This document shows, in pieces, positions 1 through 9,815 of a stretch of 64,000 bases of DNA; positions within the stretch are counted from its first letter, which is position 1; each line of letters opens with the position of its first letter. The translations under genes and the position numbers were made by a program. Where the stretch lies: contig CBDBHB010000009.1 of assembly GCA_965205505.1 (NCBI GenBank), forward strand, positions 288,001-352,000, in the 5' to 3' direction. The notes below the pieces were generated by a model. The model saw nothing but the letters and a program-made list of their open reading frames with translations, was not told where the DNA came from and ran no database searches. The DNA is from Acidobacteriota bacterium (GTDB lineage: Bacteria; Acidobacteriota; UBA890; WLXD01).

Positions 1-718
1 GCTCGAAGGAGTAGCTGTAACCTTTCTTTAGAAGTGGCCAACTCGCGAGCGCACGGTTGCCGAGGGTCGTGATCCGTTCCTGCTGCAATTGATCGACGAC
101 AACCGGATAGTAGAAACGGACTTGGGCGGAGCATTCAGCACCAAGGGCACGCTCGGTGAGGTAGTTGGAGACCCTGGGTGTCTCGTAGAAACACACGCCG
201 CATCGGCGATGACCGGCGGCTAGTGCCTCATCCAGATCTATGTACTCTGACCGGTCCTCAGCTGGCGGCAGATGGTTGGATCCGGCGAAGTGCGCTACAT
301 CTGTCTTGCGGTTGGCCACAACGGATTTGTAAAGATCAGGCTCGGCAGGATCCGAAAAAGCGTGCCAGAGAATCTGTCTAACTGCTTCGTCCTGGTCTCC
401 GACTTCGCGAAGATCTGCTTCGATCTTCCCCTTGCCCAGCGTCTGATGCAAATATTCAACCGTGAGTCTGTTTCTCGATCTCTCCAACTTGGAGATACGG
501 ACGCGCACGTTTTTCGGAACGGGAAACAACCGCGTATCAGCGTGCTCGTAGACCCCATAGCCATCAGACGTTTCCACGTAGACAACGCGGCTTGTGTTGA
601 AGGTCTGCCGTAACACGACTTCTGCCCCTTGCTGGACTTGAGCGTGGGCGGGCTCATTCCACGTTCCAGAACCTCCAATAGCAACGAGCAATGCCACGGC
701 GATCACGCGGTTCTTCAT
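1..718 (-). CDS. Secreted protein with Ada-like Zn-binding motif, probably followed by an M48 peptidase domain; runs off the window start
   Basis: Not in the ORF track. Manual translation from ATG at 718 is open to base 1: MKNRVIAVALLVAIGG (signal peptide)...EALAAGHRRCGVC...ERALGAECSAQVRFYYPVVVDQLQQERITTLGNRALASW...GYSYSFE. Confidence 0.7.
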   Translation of the reverse strand, partial: MKNRVIAVALLVAIGGSGTWNEPAHAQVQQGAEVVLRQTFNTSRVVYVETSDGYGVYEHADTRLFPVPKNVRVRISKLERSRNRLTVEYLHQTLGKGKIEADLREVGDQDEAVRQILWHAFSDPAEPDLYKSVVANRKTDVAHFAGSNHLPPAEDRSEYIDLDEALAAGHRRCGVCFYETPRVSNYLTERALGAECSAQVRFYYPVVVDQLQQERITTLGNRALASWPLLKKGYSYSFE

Positions 719-729
719 GTCTAGTCTCC

Positions 730-777
730 GAGCTATAGACGAGGGGGCAAAAAGAGCTATAGACGAGGGGGCAAAAA
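730..777. repeat. Perfect tandem duplication of 24 bp
   Basis: GAGCTATAGACGAGGGGGCAAAAA at 730-753 and 754-777. Confidence 0.95.
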
Positions 778-1081
778 TCTGGCCACCAACCTGTCCCTGG
801 AGCGGCAAGTGTAGCAACGGAAGCCGTGGGGCGTGATCTGTCGTGCGACTCGCGCAGAGGCCTAGGAGCGGGCGGCATGCGTCGGTTAACGAGCCGGATT
901 GTTGCGAGAGGTCCTCCACGTCGGCACGGGTGCACAGAGTGCATGGCAATGGACCACACCCTGAGTCGCAGGGGATCGCCGATCGGAGCGAGCCGCTATA
1001 GGCCTTCCCAGGTGCACTGGCACTGGGCGGGCAGGCAACCTGCGTGATCGCCCCAGGGCAGGGTCGCCTCGATGAGGCGTA

Positions 1082-1840
1082 TCAGTCGCGTAGCACGAAG
1101 AGATTTGCTCGGTGCCATGCGAGCCGCTCCCTGTGCTTCTGTGTCAATGGAATAGGCTGCGTCCAGCGCAGCTCGGTTCGCGCCCGCTCAGTCAATACAG
1201 GTGAGTACTCCGGCCGCCCGTCGTCGTCGAAGGTCACCAATCCCTTGTCAAAGGCCGCGTCCCAAAGCGCTGAGAGAAGTAGGCCATTGCGAACGTCCAG
1301 CCGTTCGGCATCGTCGGGGCAGTCCTTCCACGGGATGATGTGCGAGGCACGCAGCAGTTCTGGGTCCGTGATTCCGGTCAGCGGACATCGACCCTGCCAG
1401 TAGGTCATCAGCCGGTCGCGAAAGATGTCCTGGCCGATTCGCTGGACGACGAGGCGCTCCGCCTCGGTGGTTTTCGGAAGGTTGTTTGTCTTGGCGCGAA
1501 ATGCCTCGAGCGGGCCGTCGGGCAACGCCACGCCAAGGGCATAGACCTTGGGCATCACGGCGTACAGTTCCTTTAGCGTGGCGAAGACATAGCGGGCAAG
1601 ACCGGGACCGGGCATGGTGGCTCGTGGATGCTCCAGTTCCTCGACCACGCCGGCGTGGTCCAGGGCGAGGAACCAGGGACCCGAAGATCCGGCGGCACCG
1701 AGCCTGATCGTGCCTTTCGCGGTGGTGGAGCCGTAACGCGCCCAGCCCTCTTGCTGCCCCAGGGGGCGGCGATAGCCGTTCTGCCAGGCGACCTTCTCGC
1801 ACTCCTCGGCGACGACGAAGCTCTGGGGTGTCTCGATCAC
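1082..1840 (-). CDS. HNH endonuclease (HNH_2 type, putative restriction nuclease)
   Basis: QRIGQDIFRDRLMTYWQGRCPLTG...LLRASHIIPW...RLDVRNGLLLSALWDAAFDKGLVTF; GTG at 1840 overlaps the upstream TGA (GTGA). Confidence 0.85.
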   Translation of the reverse strand: MIETPQSFVVAEECEKVAWQNGYRRPLGQQEGWARYGSTTAKGTIRLGAAGSSGPWFLALDHAGVVEELEHPRATMPGPGLARYVFATLKELYAVMPKVYALGVALPDGPLEAFRAKTNNLPKTTEAERLVVQRIGQDIFRDRLMTYWQGRCPLTGITDPELLRASHIIPWKDCPDDAERLDVRNGLLLSALWDAAFDKGLVTFDDDGRPEYSPVLTERARTELRWTQPIPLTQKHRERLAWHRANLFVLRD

Positions 1841-1950
1841 AGACCGAGTTGCGTGAATTGCCCACTCGTCTCCATCCGGTCCCAGGCGGCAAGGACGAGA
1901 CGGCGGGTGCGGTATTCGCCGTGGTGCCGCATTTCCTTTTCCTTGAGCAC
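1837..1950 (-). pseudogene. C-terminal remnant of an Eco57I-like/DISARM DrmMI-type N6 methyltransferase
   Basis: RVLKEKEMRHHGEYRTRRLVLAAWDRME is a characteristic tail of this family; sequence upstream is unrelated. Confidence 0.6.
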
Positions 1951-2266
1951 GCGAGTGAGCGACCGAAGCGCGGCGTGCGATTCGGTGTCCACGTTTCCGC
2001 AGCGGGAGGCCTGAACCGGACCCCCGAGCGCGCCGCGAATCTCGGCTGCGAGGACGATGCAGATCATCCCGTGTCATTGATGATGTCGATGCGACGGGTG
2101 TGAATCGATCACACCCCATTCTGCGGCTCAGGAGAAATCGAGTTTTCCGCATGTCGGTCGCCGGGGCGACGCGCTCGATTTCCTCGTCGTCCGATAGTTT
2201 CAGCGTGGCCGCGTACTGCAGCCCGCAGGGATTGGGCCAGACGAGTCGTGTTAGCGCAACAACCCG

Positions 2267-2539
2267 TTAGATTCGCTTGTCGGAGTCCCAGCTTCCGCCT
2301 GGCTCCGCCGCCTCGGCGATGTAGCTGCACAACTCCCAGTAGTCTCGCGTCCGCCCAAGGGTGTAGCCGTAGCCAGGTGGCTCACAGGCATCAAATACCA
2401 GTTCGGCTCGATCTTCTCCGAGCTCACAGACCGCCACCCCGTTCGGCAGCTTTATGCGTGACGTCGGAACTGGAGGTAGCGAAACGTCGATAGGCATCGG
2501 GCTTCCCGTAACCATGAGGACATCCAGCCTTCGGATCAT
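2267..2539 (-). CDS. Small hypothetical protein
   Basis: 90-aa ORF with protein-like composition; no motif recognised. Confidence 0.3.
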   Translation of the reverse strand: MIRRLDVLMVTGSPMPIDVSLPPVPTSRIKLPNGVAVCELGEDRAELVFDACEPPGYGYTLGRTRDYWELCSYIAEAAEPGGSWDSDKRI

Positions 2540-2905
2540 CGTCTTCGGCCACCTTGTCCATAGTCACTCAGTCTGCCCCGAGGCTCGGTCAACGAGATGC
2601 TGTCTCGCTTTCTGTGAAAAAGGCGACGGTGACGGTCGTTGCCCCACTCTCGATGCCGCGACCCATACCCGCTACCGTTCGCAGGCCTAGCCATCGTTGT
2701 CCCGATCCATGCTCCGCTGGTACGCGCAATGGCTGCGCGGCACGCCATTGGGCTGCCGTGCTCCACTTCGTGGTCGCGATGTGCCTGAGCCTGGCCGCGA
2801 AACGGGGTCGGCCGGTTCCAATACCGGCCAGAAAACAGAGACTGCATCGTGCAGGAATTTTCGGGGACACCGCAGAGGTGTGCGGGCAGACAACGCCCCG
2901 GGCGG

Positions 2906-4720
2906 TCACGGCCGCTCCGGGTCGACTTTCCCCGTTTCCGCCGGAATGGACGCCGGGTCAATCCGCACGAGGTGTTCATCGCCGACGTGATAGACCGTGG
3001 CCCAAGGCGCCTCCTCGAAGAACGCTGCGAGTGATCGGCGGCTGGCGGCTGGTGCGGATCGGTGGATGGCGACCAGGTCGACGCCCAGCTCCGCGAGCAC
3101 GGCCACGCCCCGACTCTCCGGCAGGGCATTTAGCGCTTCCATCGTTTGTCTGAATCCGTGCGGTGAGGCTCCGCTGAATCCGTTCACCACGCGCGCCCAG
3201 TGGTGCGTGGAATCGAGCATGTAGACAGCTTCGGGCGTGGCGTAGGCGCGCAGGAAATAGTGAACCGGAAGGTGCACGACGACCGGCGCGCGTGTTTCAT
3301 CGCGCCAGAGTTGCGGAATCGCGACGTCCAGACGGCTGATCTCGTACGGCCGCGGCTCGAAGGGCAGCCGGATTGGATACACTTCCGCCAGGAACACCAG
3401 ACAGGCCAGTGAGATCATGATCCACGCGGAGCGGGCGCTCCGGCATCTTGCTGCGAGGGTCGCTGCCCCGGCCCCGGACAGAATCATGATGCCGAAATAG
3501 AGCAGAAGCGAGAAACGCTGCGTCGCGCGCAGGCCCTTGAGAAAGTCCAGTCCGGGCACTTCGGAAAGGTGGAACAAGGGCAGCCGCACTTGTTGTGAGG
3601 AGACGAATCCCTGCGCCAGTACAAAGCCGACGACGACCAGGCAGATCCCGGTCGCAATCCACCGTGTGTCAACGGTCCTCGGTGGCGCGTCCCCGTCTGG
3701 CGTCAGGTGCCACGGACGCCGGATCAGGAGTCCGGCCAGGGCAAGCGCGAGCGCCGTGTAGCCGACATATAGCGTCTGCTCGCCCCAGATCCAGGGGCCG
3801 GCCTGTCGCATCTGGCCGAGGAGCGTCGCCAACGGCGGTTCGAGGTAACTCGATACGGACACCCGTTCACCGGAAACGAGCGCGGCGGCGTAACGACTGC
3901 CGAGTGTCGTTTCCTCGAGGCTCCGGCGGTAGGGAATCGCCGTGGGGAGTATGACCGCGGCGCACAATGCAGCGGCCGCGGCGGCGCTCGCCGCGTGTCT
4001 GAGCGTCAGTCGTTGCCGGCCGATCTGCAGGACCGACAGCACCAGGACCAGGATCGTCGTGATCACCGCGTGGTACCAGCTCACGAGCGCCTGAGCGACG
4101 AAGCAGGCGGACAATGCTAGCGTCCGCGCACCCGTCGGGGACCGCAGGAAACGGATAAGGGTGGCGGCGACGAACGGCATCCATTGGAAGGAGAGCACAT
4201 GCAGGTGCCCGATATGGTGGATCCTGAAGAACAGGAATGCCCAGAAGATGCCTGCCCAGAAGCCCGCCTGATGAGACCCGGTCACCTCCCGCATGAACCA
4301 GTAGCCGCCGACGCAGGAGAGATAGTAGGCGAGGAAGATGAGCAGGTTGTAGCCGAACCACGGGCTGTCGGACAGAATCGAGAGAGGCGCGTTGATGACA
4401 GCGAGCGACAGCATGTGGTCGGTCAAGGCGACCACGTTGGGGTGCGGGTGGAACGTGTTTCCGTTGAACAGATTCAGTGGGTCGGTATAGAGGGCACGCG
4501 ACACCCACTGCAACTGCCAGTTCATCAACGCGGGGTCGCCCTCGAGGATGGCGTGGCTGTCGAGGTCGGTGAGCAGGAAGACCCTGGAGCAGAAGAGCGC
4601 CGACAACCCGAGGAACACAGCGTTGACAGCCAGCAGACCGCTTCCCGCCAGCGAGGCGGCGATCCCGTCGGCGCGATGACTGTGCGGCGAGCCGACCGCG
4701 GGCGCCGACGGGGCGATCAC
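2906..4720 (-). CDS. Multi-pass membrane protein, GT-C-like/YfhO-like glycosyltransferase
   Basis: 604 aa, many TM segments; GDPALMNW...LFNGNTFHPHPNVVALTDH; EQTLYVG; LRATQRF; C-terminal HHWARVVNGFSG. Confidence 0.7.
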   Translation of the reverse strand: MIAPSAPAVGSPHSHRADGIAASLAGSGLLAVNAVFLGLSALFCSRVFLLTDLDSHAILEGDPALMNWQLQWVSRALYTDPLNLFNGNTFHPHPNVVALTDHMLSLAVINAPLSILSDSPWFGYNLLIFLAYYLSCVGGYWFMREVTGSHQAGFWAGIFWAFLFFRIHHIGHLHVLSFQWMPFVAATLIRFLRSPTGARTLALSACFVAQALVSWYHAVITTILVLVLSVLQIGRQRLTLRHAASAAAAAALCAAVILPTAIPYRRSLEETTLGSRYAAALVSGERVSVSSYLEPPLATLLGQMRQAGPWIWGEQTLYVGYTALALALAGLLIRRPWHLTPDGDAPPRTVDTRWIATGICLVVVGFVLAQGFVSSQQVRLPLFHLSEVPGLDFLKGLRATQRFSLLLYFGIMILSGAGAATLAARCRSARSAWIMISLACLVFLAEVYPIRLPFEPRPYEISRLDVAIPQLWRDETRAPVVVHLPVHYFLRAYATPEAVYMLDSTHHWARVVNGFSGASPHGFRQTMEALNALPESRGVAVLAELGVDLVAIHRSAPAASRRSLAAFFEEAPWATVYHVGDEHLVRIDPASIPAETGKVDPERP

Positions 4721-4979
4721 AGCGAATCGTTCATGATAACGCGTTGAATGGTTAGTAGCTTATCGGTAGAGATTCTAGCAAGAATAGCAACCCGGTGTCC
4801 CATTAATCGGCCGACGCCTCAGACCGCTCGAGGCATCCGGCCAACGCGACCGGTTCGTGTCTCGGTGGTTCAACCTCGCGACAATCCATCCCCGACTTCT
4901 TACGAGGCGCTGAGAAAGGACGCGGCGCTCGCCCGCGATGTGACCACCACGCTGCTCGAGGAACACTTCCCGGAGACCA

Positions 4980-5698
4980 ACCGTGAAGCGCCGTGCCAGC
5001 ACGTTGGGCGCCGCTGACCGGCCAGGTGTGGGCCGTGTTGTCACCCGGAACCGACGGGGTTGGCGAGCTCGAAGTCCTTCCTGGCGCATCAGCCGAGCTA
5101 CCCGCTTGCGAGAGCAGCGGATCCCTCGTTGCCGAAGTTGCTTGTGGATGCGCGGACTTCCGTAACGGTCGCGGCTCTCTCGGAATGCAGCTCTGATCTG
5201 CACACGTAGACGGCGATCTTCTCGCGCTCTCGGGCTCGGCCCCCTTCCTCGCCACTCGTAGTAACCGCCGTGAGACACCTCGAGCATCTTGCACAACCGC
5301 CGCACCGGGAACTTGCCGGACAGTTGCTTGATGATCGGGTACTTCATCGCGGGCGTTCCGAGAAGATCGCCAACGCTTTTTTTAGAATGTCGCGCTCCTG
5401 CCGTACTCGCCGCAGGTGCCGCCGTAGCTGTTGCCCGTCCAGGTCCTGGTCGGGCATCTTCCCCGCGCCCGGAAACGCCGTGACCCCCTGCTCCTGGAGC
5501 TGTTTGCGCCACTTGGTCAACATGCCGCGGCCAACACCCAGATCCCGGGCCACCTCAGACACCGGATGGCCCAGCTGCGTCACCATCCTCACTGCCTCAA
5601 TCTTGAACTCGCGACTGTACCGCCGTCGTGACCCCATGCTTCACCTCCGAGCCCATTATCGGGCTTCCAAAGGTGTCCGGGAAATCGGGGGAGGCCCA
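4980..5698 (-). mobile_element. IS3-family element, left half (IRL, orfA, 5' part of orfB)
   Basis: orfA 5344-5637; orfB YGSPRIH...SRKRVARLM...PNVLARRFTV then breaks; terminal IR GTGTCCGGGAAATCGGGGGAGGCCCA ends at 5698. Confidence 0.85.
5344..5637 (-). CDS. IS3 transposase OrfA
   Basis: RRYSREFKIEAVRMV...VARDLGV...ERDILKKA. Confidence 0.9.
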   Translation of the reverse strand: MGSRRRYSREFKIEAVRMVTQLGHPVSEVARDLGVGRGMLTKWRKQLQEQGVTAFPGAGKMPDQDLDGQQLRRHLRRVRQERDILKKALAIFSERPR

Positions 5699-6067
5699 GT
5701 GCGCCAGCAAGGGATCCTTGGGGACACCCGCGCCATTGGCGTAGCTAAGTCCGAGGTCGTACTGCGCACGGGCGTGGCCCTTCTTGGCGGCTAGTCGGTA
5801 CAAACGCACCGCCTCGGCCTCGTCCTGGAGGACGCCCTCACCATTGGCGTACATAACCCCGAGTGTGTACTGCGTAGGAGCCTGGCCCCGCTCGGCGGCC
5901 AGTCGGTACCAGCGCACCACTTCGGCTTCATCTTGGGCGACGCCTTCGCCTCTGGCGTACATGCGCCCGAGGTCGAGCCGCGCACGCGCAAGGCCCTTGT
6001 CCGCAGCTAGGCGAAACAGGCGCACCGCCTCAGCCTCATCCTTGAGGACGCCTTCACCTTTAGCGTA
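5699..6067 (-). pseudogene. Sel1-repeat protein fragment cut at both ends by IS elements
   Basis: Repeats of YAxGEGVxxDEAEAVRxYRLAAxxGxAxAQYxLG; bounded by IS3 IR (5698) and IS1595-like IR (6068). Confidence 0.85.
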
Positions 6068-6104
6068 GGGAATTATACCGTTGACAAACCCTGAGCGGGC
6101 TTTG

Positions 6105-6296
6105 CTAGCTCCCCTTCTTCTTTTTCGCCCGCTTCTCCGCTGCCAGAACCTTGCTTCCCGGAACCCGCATGAAAGCACCCAGCGCCTGTTCCGGCGATAG
6201 CGGATGCATGCTCAACCTGCCTCCTGACGCTGCGCGGTCGAACTTCTTGTCCTGACGCTTCTGCTTCTTGGGCGTGCGCTGTCTAGACGATTTCAC
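6105..6296 (-). CDS. Small basic hypothetical protein (IS1595 passenger)
   Basis: GGAGGT RBS + GTG; KSSRQRTPKKQ...LSMHPLSPEQALGAFMRV; conserved in the second copy. Confidence 0.5.
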   Translation of the reverse strand: MKSSRQRTPKKQKRQDKKFDRAASGGRLSMHPLSPEQALGAFMRVPGSKVLAAEKRAKKKKGS

Positions 6297-6466
6297 GGGT
6301 CCACCTCCTGCCAGTGCGCGAGTTTCCTGCTCGGGGATGGTAGGGTCAGCGCCGCACACGCACGACCTGTCGTCCGCGAGAGCGGGAATACCGCGGGAAC
6401 CGCGATCGGTTGTGGTGTGCAAGGCCCGGCACCTATTGCCGGACTTTCCACCAGGAGGCCCCCCTG

Positions 6467-7003
6467 ATGGGACGCCGAATGATCTGCGCAGCCACTCTCG
6501 TTCTGACGCTCGCTACACCGGTTGTTAGCGCTCAAGAGGATGTGCGCGCGCTGAAAGGGACGATGGACTGGGGCAATCCTGACCGCATCGAGTCTCGACC
6601 CGATGGCCTGACTATCCTGACCTACAATCTCAGCGACGAGGCAGTCGGTCAGTTCCGTGGAAAAAAGAGTGTCTTTGCCTACATCACCTACGCGTCGATC
6701 AGCCGGCCTAGTCTTAGCAACGGGTTCGGTGTATTCGACCTCACGCCGCTTGAATTCGCTCGCTACTACTACTCGCTGGCAGTGGCAAACTTTGGCACCA
6801 GGACCGCCCGCGGAACCTTTACCTTGAAACTCTCCGGGCCTACCCGGTGGACGCGAACCTTCCCGAACACGACCGTATCGGGACGGACCTTCACGGTCCT
6901 GTACTACCAGGGAGAACCGCTGAACCGAACCGGGAACTACCTGCTGAAGGGCACGTTCAAAGGCGCAGGATCTACAAAGTCGCGATTTTGCGCTGGTTGT
7001 TAA
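6467..7003 (+). CDS. Secreted hypothetical beta-rich protein (IS1595 passenger)
   Basis: AGGAGG RBS; signal peptide MGRRMICAATLVLTLATPVVSA-QED; second copy at 52720-53256. Confidence 0.75.
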   Translation: MGRRMICAATLVLTLATPVVSAQEDVRALKGTMDWGNPDRIESRPDGLTILTYNLSDEAVGQFRGKKSVFAYITYASISRPSLSNGFGVFDLTPLEFARYYYSLAVANFGTRTARGTFTLKLSGPTRWTRTFPNTTVSGRTFTVLYYQGEPLNRTGNYLLKGTFKGAGSTKSRFCAGC

Positions 7004-7385
7004 ACAACGGATAAAGTAACCAATGCCAAGCACAGGTCAGAAATGCACACCAATCGGGGATCTATCAGAGCGACTGTGCATGCTGCTCGCAGATTGCCAT
7101 CGTTTCTCCTTGGGTGCGCTGAGCAGCCCGCCTTGACTCAGAGCACGACACCAACTGCACGACCGGCAACAATATTGAGTCTGAAAATCGGCGTGAAGGC
7201 ACAGGCGGGTTGCCTAAGTGCGCCGAGTGTAAGCGGATTCAGGGACTGTAGTAGCAAAGACAATTTCCCAGTAGGGTCCCGTCGGCTCACCGTCGATCAT
7301 GCCCCAAATACGGCGCAGATCAGACACGGGCAAGTCGTACGCACTAGTTCGATGGCAAAGTTCGGAAAGGCGCTGGGCACAACCG

Positions 7386-8039
7386 GGATGCCGTGGACAG
7401 CGTCTGGGTGGGCGACCTGACATACCTGTGGAGGCAGGAAGGATGGCTATACCTGGCCGTGCTGATGGATCTGTGCTCGCGACGGATCATCGGCTGGGCG
7501 GTGAGCGAGACGATGACGGACGATTTGACGCTGGCGGTCCTGGATCAGGCCTTGGAGCAACGCCGTCCCGGTTCCGGAGTGCTCCATCACAGCGACCGCG
7601 GCAGCCAGTACAGCAGCGACGATTACCTAGACAAGCTGCGTGACCGTGGCTTCACCATCAGCATGAGCAGGAAAGGAGACTGCTGGGATAACGCGCCGAT
7701 GGAGAGTTTCTTCTGTACCCTGAAGTTCGAACTCGGTGGCTGCTTCAGTTCCCGGGCGGCGGCCCGAGCCGAGTTGTTCCACTACATCGAAGTGTTCTAC
7801 AACCGGGCTCGCATGCACACCTCGATCGGAGACCAGAGTCCGGCTCAGTTCGAGGCGGCAATGCGGCGGCCAGGTCAGAGCGGCCAATCAGCTGTGGAAG
7901 CTGACGCGCCCGTGGAAATCGACTCCCGATTTCCACCGTCGCTTGGACAACGCTCCGCGTTGCCAACAGCTCCCACAGCCGCTAATACGACTACGACAAT
8001 GGATCTTAACTAAGTGTCCGGGAAAGCGGGGCAAGGTCA
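7386..8039 (+). mobile_element. IS3-family element, right half (DDE core of orfB + IRR)
   Basis: DSVWVGDLTYL...HHSDRGSQY...GDCWDNAPMESFF...YIEVFYNRARMH; IR GTGTCCGGGAAAGCGGGGCAAGGTCA ends at 8039 and resembles the IR at 5698. Confidence 0.85.
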
Positions 8040-8516
8040 ATCTCGCGTGCCCCGGTCGGGTCTGTGCGGATCGCGCTCGAAGCCAAGGCGGCGATGGCGA
8101 AACTCCAGTCGTCGATCCCTAGGCTCTACGACGAGCTCAACTCAAGTCACTTGACGATTCACGGTGCATCGGACAACGTGATCGCGATCGGGTACTCGCT
8201 CGTCAACGCGGCGCTTCGTTTTCTGAGCCCGCCACTCAACCGATACTCGCTCGCAACGTACCCGCGTCGGTATCGGGACATGAAGCCCGGCGAAGCAGGT
8301 CTCGTGGTCGACAAGATCCGGGACATGCCACGGCGGAACCGGCCCGGCATGGAGGGCTTTGACGCGCTTGGGATTACTGTCATCAGATTTGAGAATACCG
8401 GCGCGCCAGTCACGCTGGTGCGAGCCGCTCCCGCTCCACCTGCCAATGATCTGTTCCACTACGAGAGTATGATTCGCAGGGCCTCTAGCCTGTACCAGTC
8501 AAGATTCGTCCAATAG
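8040..8516 (+). pseudogene. C-terminal part of a PD-(D/E)xK restriction-endonuclease-like protein, 5' end removed by IS3
   Basis: APVGSVRIALEAKAAMAK...PRLYDELNSSH (ExK motif followed by a helix); frame begins at the IS3 end. Confidence 0.55.
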
Positions 8517-8688
8517 ACGTCGGCGGAGGGCCGCTAGCCACCACGGTTTCATCACAGCTGCGACTCTCTGAGATGAGGCCGATCGCGTTACGCCTGCTGA
8601 GATGGACGTGATTCGCGGGCCAGCAACATCAGTGAGCTGTGTGTAACCCTGATCGTCGACTCGAGGACACGCCGCCAGGAGACACCGG

Positions 8689-9789
8689 ATGAGGCTTGAG
8701 CGTTTGGCAAGCCGACCCAATCTCAGGCTGGCGTGGCGTCGGATCACAACCGGGGGCAACCACCAGTACAAGCGACTCTATCGCAGTCTCTACTACGCGT
8801 ATGAGGCTGCGCTCGAAGCCAACATTCGCGATTTGCGGACGCGGATCCTGGGCGGCACCTTCTCGCCTCGTCATCCTGAACGCATCTTTGTTCCGAAGCC
8901 GTCCGGGCTCCACCGTCCTCTCGGCCTGTTGGGCATCGAAGACCAGATTGTCCTTCAAGCGTTCGCGAATCTCGCGGCGAAGAAGTTGCAGCGTCGCCGA
9001 GTACCGCTCCAGTTCGAGGTCGTCTTCAGTAACATCCTGCAGAACCAGGACAGTATTTTCTTCTTTCGTCGTTGGCAGGATACCTACGCAGCGTTCCAAC
9101 GGAGGATTCGCCAGCACTATGAAGACGGCCTGCGATGGGTCGGGGATTTCGACCTTGCCGCGTTTTACGACACCATCTCCCACGAACTACTGCTGCGGAC
9201 CATCTACCCGCAGACGCAAAACGAAGACCTGAGGTGGATGGCGGACTGCCTGCAAACGTGGAGCTCGGTTCGAGCATCCTCTAGACACGGCCACGGCCTG
9301 CCCCAAGGGCCTATCGCGTCTGACCTTCTGGCCGAGTGCTTCCTCCTGCCAATCGATGTGGCGCTCAGGGAGCAGCGAGGGTACACGCGGTACGTGGACG
9401 ACTTTCGACTGTTCGGTGACACAGAACATGAGGTTCGAGCGGACCTGATCGAACTTGAGCGCCATTCGCGTGAACGGGGGTTGATACCGCAGACCGGCAA
9501 GTTCGCCATCAAGCGGTCGCGGACCTTGCAGGACGCGATGGGAATGCTGCCCAGCATCGCGGACCCACAACATGTGGCGGGTACTGAGCCAATCGACAAA
9601 GCCCTCGCCAGGTCGTTATTCCGCACCGCGATCAGTGGCAGACCGTACAAGGTTACCGACAAGACTCGCCTGCGCTATGTCCTCTACCGCGCCGAACCGG
9701 ACAACGACCTCCTGAGGCGGGTATTGACTCTGGTTCCGCGTCACCCGGAACACGCCGACGTGTTCTTTTCGTACCTGGGCCTGACCTGA
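8689..9789 (+). CDS. Reverse transcriptase, UG/Abi (defence-associated)-like, C-terminally truncated by IS3
   Basis: AGGAG RBS; IFVPKPSGLHRPL, DQIVLQA, DFDLAAFYDTISH, GLPQGPIASDLLAECFL, YTRYVDDFRLF; helical C-terminal extension; stop codon supplied by the IS end at 9782. Confidence 0.9.
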   Translation: MRLERLASRPNLRLAWRRITTGGNHQYKRLYRSLYYAYEAALEANIRDLRTRILGGTFSPRHPERIFVPKPSGLHRPLGLLGIEDQIVLQAFANLAAKKLQRRRVPLQFEVVFSNILQNQDSIFFFRRWQDTYAAFQRRIRQHYEDGLRWVGDFDLAAFYDTISHELLLRTIYPQTQNEDLRWMADCLQTWSSVRASSRHGHGLPQGPIASDLLAECFLLPIDVALREQRGYTRYVDDFRLFGDTEHEVRADLIELERHSRERGLIPQTGKFAIKRSRTLQDAMGMLPSIADPQHVAGTEPIDKALARSLFRTAISGRPYKVTDKTRLRYVLYRAEPDNDLLRRVLTLVPRHPEHADVFFSYLGLT

Positions 9790-9815
9790 CCCCACGGTTA
9801 GTACCACGTCTTATC

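Larger units (their letters stand above)
6068..7095 (-). mobile_element. Terminal arm of an IS1595-family cargo element; inverted near-identical copy of about 52630-53655
   Basis: Begins GGGAATTATACC; both contained ORFs are nearly identical to those at 52720-53618, which lie downstream of an IS1595 transposase. Confidence 0.7.

Noticed and set aside
295-684. 129-aa ORF from the track
   Set aside because: Wrong frame; the open frame from ATG 718 has a signal peptide and recognisable motifs.
730-777. Mini CRISPR
   Set aside because: Two adjacent copies with no spacer; a simple tandem duplication.
1841-2152. N-terminal extension of the HNH ORF (356 aa)
   Set aside because: Arg-rich shadow sequence overlapping the methylase remnant; GTG at 1840 is the better start.
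8689-9789. Group II intron, retron or DGR reverse transcriptase
   Set aside because: YVDD rather than YADD; no maturase or intron domain V seen; no retron VTG motif; no TR/VR pair or Avd gene recognised.
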